Shown here: positions 1 through 7,181 of the stretch, one piece after another
How positions within the stretch are numbered: the first letter of the stretch is position 1
Layout: the number at the start of each line of letters is the position of its first letter
Assembly: GCA_944388895.1 (NCBI GenBank)
Contig: CALXKR010000001.1
Location: forward strand, 1 to 35,937
Source of the DNA: an uncultured Clostridia bacterium
GTDB taxonomy: Bacteria > Bacillota > Clostridia > TANB77 > CAG-508
Direction of reading: 5' to 3'
DNA length: 35,937 bases
Made by a program: the position numbers and the translations under genes
The notes under the pieces: generated by a model
The model's database searches: none
What the model was told of the DNA's origin: nothing
What the model saw: the letters and a program-made list of their open reading frames with translations, nothing else

Positions 1-579
1 CCAACTTTTAAGCATTATTTTATATTTAGCTTTGTCTTCTGCAACAGATGATATTGCCATTCTAATTCCTACATAAATTAGAACTATTGCCGAACCAATT
101 ATTGATAAATTTCTTACTGCTACATACCATGTGGCAACTGAATTGCTCATTGAAATAATCATCTCTGAATTTGCACCAGTTAAGTTAGCTACATCGAATA
201 CATTTATATGAAATAAACTATAATTTCCTAAAAGTAAATCTTGAATAGTAAAGTTAGAAGTCCCGCCTGTTACAAAAAGGGACATCATAATATTTATCAA
301 GGTTGGAATTATAGCTACAATTTCTCCTAAAGCTGTTGCAATTACCTTAATTACATTTTCAAATACCTCTAAAACATTAGTTAAAGTATTTCCATCATTT
401 GAAGTTGTATCTCCCTTACCATCATTCCCCCATTTATCTATTTGTTCTCCTAAATTATTACCTGCTATGTTAGTAGAAAAAGGGTCTTCAGGGGAAACAT
501 ATGTTGCTACGGAGTATTGTGTTAGCAAAGCTAAAACAGCAATTACTAATACTATTATTTGTAATATTCTTTTTTTCAT
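1..579 (-). CDS. N-terminal part of a polytopic membrane protein, VirB6/TrbL-like by context (3' end lies outside the window)
   Basis: An open frame runs from the ATG at 579-577 (SD-like GGAGAAGGGGG just upstream) to base 1, exactly 193 codons. My translation starts MKKRILQIIVLVIAVLALLTQYSVATYV (signal/TM). Further hydrophobic segments follow (VAIIPTLINIMMSLFV, LSIIGSAIVLIYVGIRMAI). It sits 25 nt downstream of the VirB4 gene. Function is assigned by position only. Confidence 0.45.
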   Translation of the reverse strand, partial: MKKRILQIIVLVIAVLALLTQYSVATYVSPEDPFSTNIAGNNLGEQIDKWGNDGKGDTTSNDGNTLTNVLEVFENVIKVIATALGEIVAIIPTLINIMMSLFVTGGTSNFTIQDLLLGNYSLFHINVFDVANLTGANSEMIISMSNSVATWYVAVRNLSIIGSAIVLIYVGIRMAISSVAEDKAKYKIMLKSW

Positions 580-603
580 TTATCCCCCTTCTCCTACTAT
601 TTT

Positions 604-2550
604 TTATTCTTCACTTTTTTCTTTTAATTTGTTAACATTTGTTTCCATAAATTCAAATTCTTTCTTAGTTGGAACTATTTCAATTATTGCTGTTTGCTCT
701 CCAACTTTAAATAACCCTTGTCCTCTACTACATGTTGTTAAAAAAGAAGCTTCTCCTTCTGATAATTTAAATACCTCTTTTATATATTGAATTTCTGATT
801 TGTCTTGTGCTAAAAACAATTTTGTATCTGAAGATGTAAGAACTGCTTGAACTTCTGATTTTTCATAGAAGTCTTGAAATCTTTGTGATACTACGGCAAG
901 TGATACATTTCTTTTTCTTGCACGTCTTGCCATTTTGTTTAGAAAGTCTACTGCTTCTGGATAAGGTAAAAGCATCCAAGCTTCATCAACTAAAACTCTC
1001 TTTTTACCTGCTTTTGATTTATCCTCACTATTTCTTTTAACATATTTTTCCCATATCCAAGAAAGTAATATTTGTTGAGCAAGTGGTCTTGCAAATCTTT
1101 CTTCTAGGTTTGATATATCTAAATTTATAAAAGATGTTCCTTCTAATAAATCAAATGTAGATTGTCCATCAAAATATGACATTTGTCCATTAAACTCTCT
1201 TACATATTGTCTCATTACTTTAATTAAGTAACTATAATGACTTCTATAATCTGGATTTGTGTTTTTATTTGCATTTTCTTCTAATCTATGATACCAAGAG
1301 CCTATAGTTGGCATTTGTTTTTTGCTTTTACCTAAATAGTCACTCTTCATAATTGTACTAGAATTGATTGCATATAGACTATTTACATCATTATTTATTC
1401 CAATAGCTGCATATTCTTCGGCAGCTGCTTCAGCTATAATTTGTTTTGTTACTTCATTAATGTCTTCTGATCTAGTACTTCCCCTTGCCATTGTTAATAA
1501 AATTTGTGTAACATCTTCTACTTTATTCTCAACATTAAGAACAACTTTTTCTCTACCTGTGATTTCATCTCTTGTTATTTCTGGCTCTATATCAAAAGGA
1601 TTTATAATTGTTTTTGAATTAGGAGATATTACTACATTTATTCCACCAAGAGCCTCTGCAACAATTCCATATTCTCCTTCGGCATCTAGTGCTAAACTTT
1701 CTATTCCCATTAAAACTGCTGATCTTGCAATTAAAGTTTTTATAGTAACACCTTTACCAGCACCTGATTTACCAAAAACGACCATATTGTAATTACTTAA
1801 TTCTGAGCTAAAGTTATCATATAATATTGGTAACCCTGTTTGCCTGTTGAATCCTATTGGAATTCCATTTTCATGTCCTACATCAGAATTTATAAAAGGA
1901 AACACTGTTGCCATTGATCTACGATCAAATGTATGTGTTTTTGCAATTTTATCTTCTCCAAATGGTAAATTAGATTTAAAAGCATCTTCTTGCATTGCCC
2001 AAGCTGTTTTTATTCCAATAAGAGTTTTTGCCATTTCTGAAGATAGCAATTCTGTTTGTTTATCTAATTCTTCTAAGCTATATGCATATAATGTACATAT
2101 AATAGATGAATCATATAATTTATCCATACCACTAGCAATAGCATCTCTTAAGCTTTCAGCCTCTGCCCTTTTTTGAGCTAATAAACTTTCACGGTTTATA
2201 TCACCTCTATCTATTGCTACTATTCTTTCAGATTCCAATTCATTTATTGTTTTATTTAAATCACTTTGTGATTTTGCTTCACTTATTGGATTTATAAATA
2301 CTGATACATTTATATCTCCAAAAGTATACATTCCTCTTAATAATTCTGGGAATGTACACATTCTTGGCAATGTAGAAATTGTTAATGTTCTAGCAAATTT
2401 ACTAGTATTTGATACAATTTCTAGTTGTCTAGTATGAGTTGCATCTATTCCTGAAGGAGCTATTAAATCTTTTATATCTTTGCTCCTTTTTGTGAACCCT
2501 TTATCATTATTTGGAGTTTGAACTTGATTTAAACTCTCATTATTTTTCAT
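604..2550 (-). CDS. VirB4/TrsE/PrgJ-type T4SS ATPase
   Basis: 648 aa. Walker A is VVFGKSGAGKGVT and Walker B is KRVLVDEAWMLL. The N-terminal region (IAPSGIDATHTRQLEI...TLTISTLPR...INVSVFINPI) matches the pattern of VirB4-family N-domains. ATG start with AGGAGG SD. Confidence 0.85.
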   Translation of the reverse strand: MKNNESLNQVQTPNNDKGFTKRSKDIKDLIAPSGIDATHTRQLEIVSNTSKFARTLTISTLPRMCTFPELLRGMYTFGDINVSVFINPISEAKSQSDLNKTINELESERIVAIDRGDINRESLLAQKRAEAESLRDAIASGMDKLYDSSIICTLYAYSLEELDKQTELLSSEMAKTLIGIKTAWAMQEDAFKSNLPFGEDKIAKTHTFDRRSMATVFPFINSDVGHENGIPIGFNRQTGLPILYDNFSSELSNYNMVVFGKSGAGKGVTIKTLIARSAVLMGIESLALDAEGEYGIVAEALGGINVVISPNSKTIINPFDIEPEITRDEITGREKVVLNVENKVEDVTQILLTMARGSTRSEDINEVTKQIIAEAAAEEYAAIGINNDVNSLYAINSSTIMKSDYLGKSKKQMPTIGSWYHRLEENANKNTNPDYRSHYSYLIKVMRQYVREFNGQMSYFDGQSTFDLLEGTSFINLDISNLEERFARPLAQQILLSWIWEKYVKRNSEDKSKAGKKRVLVDEAWMLLPYPEAVDFLNKMARRARKRNVSLAVVSQRFQDFYEKSEVQAVLTSSDTKLFLAQDKSEIQYIKEVFKLSEGEASFLTTCSRGQGLFKVGEQTAIIEIVPTKKEFEFMETNVNKLKEKSEE

Positions 2551-2574
2551 TATGGACTTTCCTCCTATCTTTGG

Positions 2575-3750
2575 TTATATATTTTTCTTAATTACTTTTT
2601 TAGTTGTTTTTTGCTCTCCACTATTTTCTGTATTTCCATCTATTTGCTTTTTACTCTCTTCGTAAAGTTTTTTGCTCATTTCACTTTTATTTTCTTCTAA
2701 TAATTCCAAAGCCCTTTGTTTTATTTTTTGTTCCTTAATTCTTTCTTCCCTTATTTTTTTATCAGCTTCAATAATTCCTTGAGTTGCTAATTTAGTTGCC
2801 TCTTCTTCAATTTGCTTTTCAATTCTAGCCTTTTTCTCTTGCATTACGTCTTTTGCTGTTGAATACAATCTATCGTATTCAGAATTTAATGCATTTTTTA
2901 ATGTATAAACTTCTGAATCATCTCTATTATATGCTACATATAATAATTCCATTAATTCTTCTGAATCAAGTACTTTTGCTGAAACTTCCGCAGAAGCTAA
3001 GGCTCTAATTAATGTTTGTGCTCTTGTATATAATTCTGAAAAAGCTATATCGTTTATTTCTTCTTTTGAATATGTACTTGTATCTCCAAATTCTGAAGTA
3101 TAATATGATAGTACTAGGTATGTTTTTTGTTGTAAAATATTTTTACTTGCATTTAATCTTTCTGTATAGCTTGTAACTGATTCACTATATTCCAATATAT
3201 TTTGTTTTCTTCTTCTCTCAAATTCTAATTTTGAAACAACCTCATTTGCTCCTCTTTTTTTTGCATTTTCAATTTGAGCACTTAGTCTTTCAATTTGATT
3301 TTTTACATCTTGTATTCTGTTATGGTATCCATCGATTAATTCGTCAAAATTTAGTGTTCTTGTTTGAACATACAGTTGAATTGGGTATCTAAGTGTATTT
3401 AAAAATTCTATAAATCCTGATTCCACTGCATTTTTTTCATCTTCTGAAAGTAAGTCATAATTTATTCCTTTGCACTTTAATACCATTACATACTGTTTAC
3501 CATTTTTTCTTACAATCATATTATCTTGTATTTCATCAAATTCCATAAATTCATATATTGAATCTATAACTTTTCCATCTCTTGTAATTAAATTAGGTTT
3601 TGGTTGTTCTTTCTTTTCTTGAGTAGTAGCACTTTGAGGTTCTTGTTTTTTTCTCATTTTATAAATAAGTAATACCGCAACCAATCCAAGCAATAATATT
3701 AAAACTAATATAACTATAAGTAATAAATTAAGTATTTGTATAGTATCCAT
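2575..3750 (-). CDS. T4SS-associated membrane-anchored coiled-coil protein whose N-domain resembles a VirB4 N-terminal domain; no P-loop
   Basis: 391 aa. N-terminal TM (ILNLLLIVILVLILLLGLVAVLLIY), then ITRDGKVIDSIYEFMEFDEIQDNMIVRKNGKQYVMVLKCKGINYDLLSEDEKNAVESGFIEFLNTLRYPIQLYVQT, then K/E-rich coiled-coil sequence. The ATG directly abuts the stop of the upstream gene (3751-3753) with AGGAGG inside that gene. The domain assignment is from my memory of Tn916 Orf16-type N-termini. Confidence 0.45.
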   Translation of the reverse strand: MDTIQILNLLLIVILVLILLLGLVAVLLIYKMRKKQEPQSATTQEKKEQPKPNLITRDGKVIDSIYEFMEFDEIQDNMIVRKNGKQYVMVLKCKGINYDLLSEDEKNAVESGFIEFLNTLRYPIQLYVQTRTLNFDELIDGYHNRIQDVKNQIERLSAQIENAKKRGANEVVSKLEFERRRKQNILEYSESVTSYTERLNASKNILQQKTYLVLSYYTSEFGDTSTYSKEEINDIAFSELYTRAQTLIRALASAEVSAKVLDSEELMELLYVAYNRDDSEVYTLKNALNSEYDRLYSTAKDVMQEKKARIEKQIEEEATKLATQGIIEADKKIREERIKEQKIKQRALELLEENKSEMSKKLYEESKKQIDGNTENSGEQKTTKKVIKKNI

Positions 3751-4176
3751 CTATTTTTCCTCCTTTGTATTATTAGTAATTTTATTTAATAATTTTCCAA
3801 AATTTAAGCTATCCATTTTATTGGCATAGTCTGGTTCTTTTCTAGGTATAGCGTATGTATAAACTTTTTTATTTTTATTGAACAATATATATCTTAAAAT
3901 AATATCGTCTAAAGAATCTCCACCTACATTTTTTGCTAATTTTGTATTTCCTGCTGTTGGCATCTTTATAGTTCCAATTCCATAACCAATTAAACTTAAA
4001 ATTGCAACACATGCTATTCCCACTGGTTTAAGTCCTAGTATAATTCCAAATATAAAGTATAAAATCATCCCAATGAAGGCTCCTATGACAGTATAAATTA
4101 ATGACTTTGCCGTAAAAATATATAAAATTCTACTTTCACCTTTTAAATTATTATTTGGTATATAATAACTACCCAT
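3751..4176 (-). CDS. PrgI/VirB3-like small T4SS membrane protein
   Basis: 141 aa with two adjacent TM helices in the N-terminal half (LIYTVIGAFIGMILYFIFGIILG / VGIACVAILSLIGYGIG). Located upstream of the VirB4 gene and translationally coupled to the next gene. Confidence 0.5.
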   Translation of the reverse strand: MGSYYIPNNNLKGESRILYIFTAKSLIYTVIGAFIGMILYFIFGIILGLKPVGIACVAILSLIGYGIGTIKMPTAGNTKLAKNVGGDSLDDIILRYILFNKNKKVYTYAIPRKEPDYANKMDSLNFGKLLNKITNNTKEEK

Positions 4177-4194
4177 AAAAATTTCCTCCTTTGT

Positions 4195-4584
4195 TTATCC
4201 TAATAAATTATTCATTAAATTTACAAGTATTGTAAAAATTCCAATACCTCCATATATAACTACTGTTGCAATTACAAGCCCTATTAATTTTTGTTTTATA
4301 TCAGCTTTTCCTGATGGATCAGTTAACATATATTTAACTCCTAAATACATAAAACATCCAACCAAAACAACAGAACCAATAGAAATTAATATTTGTCCTA
4401 TTGGTAATAATTTTCCCCATACTTCATCTGTTGTTATTGGTGGATTTTGAGATCCTTGATTTATCCATTCATCTGCTTTATCTTTCATATTTCCAGCAGT
4501 CGTTGCATATGCATTGTTTTCTAATGACAGTAGTATTAAAATTGCACATACAATCATTGTTCCTATTTTTATAATTTTTTTCAT
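4195..4584 (-). CDS. VirB2/TrbC-like T4SS pilin paralogue 1
   Basis: 129 aa. Signal peptide ends ...NNAYA. A variable segment is followed by two TM helices joined by the short charged loop TDPSGKADIKQK. Same architecture as the two paralogues upstream. Confidence 0.6.
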   Translation of the reverse strand: MKKIIKIGTMIVCAILILLSLENNAYATTAGNMKDKADEWINQGSQNPPITTDEVWGKLLPIGQILISIGSVVLVGCFMYLGVKYMLTDPSGKADIKQKLIGLVIATVVIYGGIGIFTILVNLMNNLLG

Positions 4585-4619
4585 AATATACTCCCTATTT
4601 TACATTTATAATTATGTGT

Positions 4620-4649
4620 ATTATATACTTTGCGACATATTATTTTCAA
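4620..4649 (-). promoter_or_regulatory. Sigma-A-type promoter for pilin paralogue 1
   Basis: Minus strand: TTGAAA (4649-4644), 18-nt spacer, TATAAT (4625-4620), about 35 nt upstream of the ATG at 4584. Confidence 0.5.
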
Positions 4650-4665
4650 TAGTTTTTATAAATTT

Positions 4666-5040
4666 TTATTTAATATTTGTTAACGCTAAATTTGAAATTA
4701 TTTGTACAATTCCTCCTGCTGCAAATAGCATTACTGCTCCTACTGCTAAGTATATCATCTTCTTTTTTATTTCAGCCTTTGCATCTGGTGCTGATATCAT
4801 ATATTTAACTCCTGAATACATTAAAATAATAACAGCTGCCCCATAGAAGATAACTTGTAATATCCATAATACTTTACCCCCTATGTCTGAAATTGGATTA
4901 TCTGAAGAATTATATATGTCATCCATATTGCCAGGTAAAGTTATTCCTCCAGCGTAACAATAACTAGTAAAAATACTTCCCAAGATTATTAATAATATTA
5001 CTATAAAAATTACTTTAAACAATATATTTTTTCTGTTCAT
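4666..5040 (-). CDS. VirB2/TrbC-like T4SS pilin paralogue 2
   Basis: 124 aa. Signal peptide ends ...SYCYA. Two TM helices are joined by SAPDAKAEIKKK. The C-terminal ...NLALTNIK is nearly identical to paralogue 3. Confidence 0.6.
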   Translation of the reverse strand: MNRKNILFKVIFIVILLIILGSIFTSYCYAGGITLPGNMDDIYNSSDNPISDIGGKVLWILQVIFYGAAVIILMYSGVKYMISAPDAKAEIKKKMIYLAVGAVMLFAAGGIVQIISNLALTNIK

Positions 5041-5072
5041 TTTTTCTCCTTTTAATTTAACTTATTAAATCT

Positions 5073-5102
5073 ATTATACTATTATTCCTTGCTAGTTTTC
5101 AA
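5073..5102 (-). promoter_or_regulatory. Sigma-A-type promoter for pilin paralogue 2
   Basis: Minus strand: TTGAAA (5102-5097), 18-nt spacer, TATAAT (5078-5073). SD AAAGGAG precedes the ATG at 5040. Confidence 0.5.
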
Positions 5103-5145
5103 GTGTTTTAATGAATTTTAATGCATTAAAACGTGTATTTTTAGT

Positions 5146-5181
5146 AAAAAAAAAATAAGCAATCTTACTTGATTGCTTATT
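5146..5181 (-). terminator. Rho-independent terminator after pilin paralogue 3
   Basis: 11-bp perfect stem AATAAGCAATC / GATTGCTTATT (5154-5164 / 5171-5181) with a 6-nt loop. On the minus strand it is followed by a run of about 9-10 U (plus-strand A run 5146-5155). It starts 8 nt after the stop at 5189. Confidence 0.75.
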
Positions 5182-5188
5182 TGGTTTA

Positions 5189-5548
5189 TTATTTAATATT
5201 TGTTTCAGCTAAATTCTTAATTATTGCTAATATTCCACTAGCTGCAAATAATAATATTGCACCTACAACATATATGATAGCTGTTTTCTTTATTTCTGCT
5301 TTTCCTTCTGGAGATGCTGTTATAAACTTAATACCTACAAATATAAGCATAATAACTGCTGCAGCAAAAGCTATCATTTGTATGATAAATATTACATTTC
5401 CTGTTATGCTATTTATTGAGCTAACTCCTGTACCTCCTGGTTGTACCGCACTTGGAATAGATGCTCCAAGAACTATACTAAAAGCACTTAGGATTGCTGT
5501 TATAATAAATAATACAGATGTTATCTTAGCTAATTTTCTTGTATTCAT
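5189..5548 (-). CDS. VirB2/TrbC-like T4SS pilin paralogue 3 (promoter-proximal; candidate major subunit)
   Basis: 119 aa. Signal peptide ends ...IVLGA. Two TM helices are joined by ASPEGKAEIKKT. Strong SD GAGGAGG. Confidence 0.6.
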   Translation of the reverse strand: MNTRKLAKITSVLFIITAILSAFSIVLGASIPSAVQPGGTGVSSINSITGNVIFIIQMIAFAAAVIMLIFVGIKFITASPEGKAEIKKTAIIYVVGAILLFAASGILAIIKNLAETNIK

Positions 5549-5578
5549 AATACTCCTCCTCTTAATATACTATAACTA

Positions 5579-5607
5579 ATTATAGATGATATTAACAGTA
5601 TTGTCAA
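5579..5607 (-). promoter_or_regulatory. Consensus sigma-A promoter for pilin paralogue 3
   Basis: Minus strand: TTGACA (5607-5602), 17-nt spacer, TATAAT (5584-5579). Both hexamers are perfect consensus. Confidence 0.65.
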
Positions 5608-5649
5608 TATTTTTAGCTATTTTTTTACATTTTTCTAGCTAAGCATTTA

Positions 5650-5802
5650 TTATTTTGCAATTTTCACTTTACTTTCTCTATAATATTTTGCTATAAGTTC
5701 ATCTAATTGTATGCTTATATTATATATAATTTTATAGTCTTCATTTTTTAATATGGCTTTATTTAGCTTTTCTCTTAATTCATTTATTTCCTTATCCAAC
5801 AT
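5650..5802 (-). CDS. Spo0E-like aspartyl-phosphate phosphatase family mini-protein (50 aa); too short for the ORF track
   Basis: My translation is MLDKEINELREKLNKAILKNEDYKIIYNISIQLDELIAKYYRESKVKIAK. It fits the Spo0E-family pattern (I-x-x-L-R-x-x-L ... S-x-x-L-D-x-L-I). SD AGGAG lies 8 nt upstream. Confidence 0.5.
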   Translation of the reverse strand: MLDKEINELREKLNKAILKNEDYKIIYNISIQLDELIAKYYRESKVKIAK

Positions 5803-5831
5803 AATATCACTCCTAATCTTTTATCACTTAT

Positions 5832-5860
5832 AAAATACCATATTTTTACAATAAAGTCAA
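5832..5860 (-). promoter_or_regulatory. Possible extended -10 promoter for the Spo0E-like gene
   Basis: Minus strand: TTGACT (5860-5855), 17-nt spacer, TGg-TATTTT (-10 at 5837-5832). Confidence 0.35.
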
Positions 5861-5917
5861 TATTATTTTGGTAGGTTTTAAGGTTTGCTGTCGTTTTTTG
5901 GTCGACAATTTTCGACA

Positions 5918-7177
5918 TTATTTTTTTATTACAGATAATGCAGACATATCCTCTTTAAATAAGTTATTTTTTATATTTTGAACATAGTTTATATCTATTT
6001 TATTAAAAGATTCTATATATTCAAGACTATTAATTCCTCTTATAGCGTCTTGTAAAAACAGTCTTCCTATGTTCTCTACATCATTATATTCAGACACATA
6101 TTCACCATATAGAGCTTTTTTACTTCTTTCAAAATCTTCTAATTCAAGTTCTTCATTTTTTATTGCATTTAATATATTTTCATATACTTTTTTAGGCTCG
6201 TCTGATTGACCCGAAATTAAAACATGAGAATATTCATCTGAAAATTCATAATCAAAGTCTAAAGGAGACATAATTGTTCCTTCATTATAAAGTTTTTGAT
6301 ATAATTTTGAGCTTTTTCCTATCAAACTATTTAATATTATTTCTATTGCTATTTGTTTTTTTACACAGCTTTCATCTTTTAATATATCTCTAAAGCCAAC
6401 TATAAATATTGGAATATTAACGTCCATTTTTTGTTCTTTATATTTTTTATTAATTTTGTTTTCGTATTCTGGATAAATTCTTTTAATTTTATCCATTTTT
6501 TCTTTTGGTAATAATCTCTTTTTTACTTCTTGCACTATTTTTTCTGGTTCAAAATTTCCACTTATACACATAATCATATTAGATGGGTGATAAAAAGTAT
6601 TGTAGCAATCATATAATGTTTCTTTTGTAATATGACTTATAGATTCTACAGTTCCTGCAATGTCTATCTTTATTGGATTATTTTTATATAAACAGTCCAT
6701 CATATTTACATATAATTTCCATGCTGGCTCATCATCATATCTGCCTATTTCTTGTCCAATAATACCTCTTTCTTTTTCAACATTTTCGTCTGTAAAATAT
6801 GGGTGTTGAACATAATCCATAAGTTCATCTAATCCTTCATAAAAATTACTTGTTCCTCCAAATAAATAGGCCGTATGATCATTTGTTGTATAAGCATTTG
6901 CATCTAATCCTAAAGACATTAATTTGTATAAGCTATCTACTCCATTTTCTTGTTCAAACATTTTGTGTTCTAAATAGTGAGCAACTCCATCAGGTACTTT
7001 TATTTCTTTTCCTGTTTTAGGCTCAATAAAATGGTTATCTATAGATCCAAATTTTGTTCCCCATATAATATACTTCTTTTCAGTATTCTTTTTAGGAACA
7101 ACTAGAATTTTCATTCCATTTTCTAAAGTTTCTATATACACCTTTTCATTTATTTGTTTGTTTTCTATTATTTCCAT
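5918..7177 (-). CDS. M16 (pitrilysin/insulinase) family zinc peptidase, active subunit
   Basis: 419 aa. Inverted zinc motif HxxEH is present (GVAHYLEHKMFE). Paired with an M16-like gene 4 nt upstream. Confidence 0.85.
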   Translation of the reverse strand: MEIIENKQINEKVYIETLENGMKILVVPKKNTEKKYIIWGTKFGSIDNHFIEPKTGKEIKVPDGVAHYLEHKMFEQENGVDSLYKLMSLGLDANAYTTNDHTAYLFGGTSNFYEGLDELMDYVQHPYFTDENVEKERGIIGQEIGRYDDEPAWKLYVNMMDCLYKNNPIKIDIAGTVESISHITKETLYDCYNTFYHPSNMIMCISGNFEPEKIVQEVKKRLLPKEKMDKIKRIYPEYENKINKKYKEQKMDVNIPIFIVGFRDILKDESCVKKQIAIEIILNSLIGKSSKLYQKLYNEGTIMSPLDFDYEFSDEYSHVLISGQSDEPKKVYENILNAIKNEELELEDFERSKKALYGEYVSEYNDVENIGRLFLQDAIRGINSLEYIESFNKIDINYVQNIKNNLFKEDMSALSVIKK

Positions 7178-7181
7178 GAAC

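Larger units (their letters stand above)
1..5610 (-). mobile_element. Partial type IV secretion / mating-pair-formation-like gene module, truncated by the left window edge; true boundaries unknown
   Basis: Seven co-directional genes: three VirB2-like pilins, PrgI/VirB3-like, TM/coiled-coil protein, VirB4 ATPase, VirB6-like N-terminus. No relaxase, coupling protein, integrase or att repeats are visible in the window, so mobility is an inference from gene content only. Confidence 0.45.

Noticed and set aside
1-5610. Calling the left-hand block a complete integrative conjugative element or prophage.
   Set aside because: No integrase, relaxase, coupling protein, oriT, capsid or terminase genes, or flanking direct repeats are visible. 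Only a partial T4SS gene set can be supported from this window.
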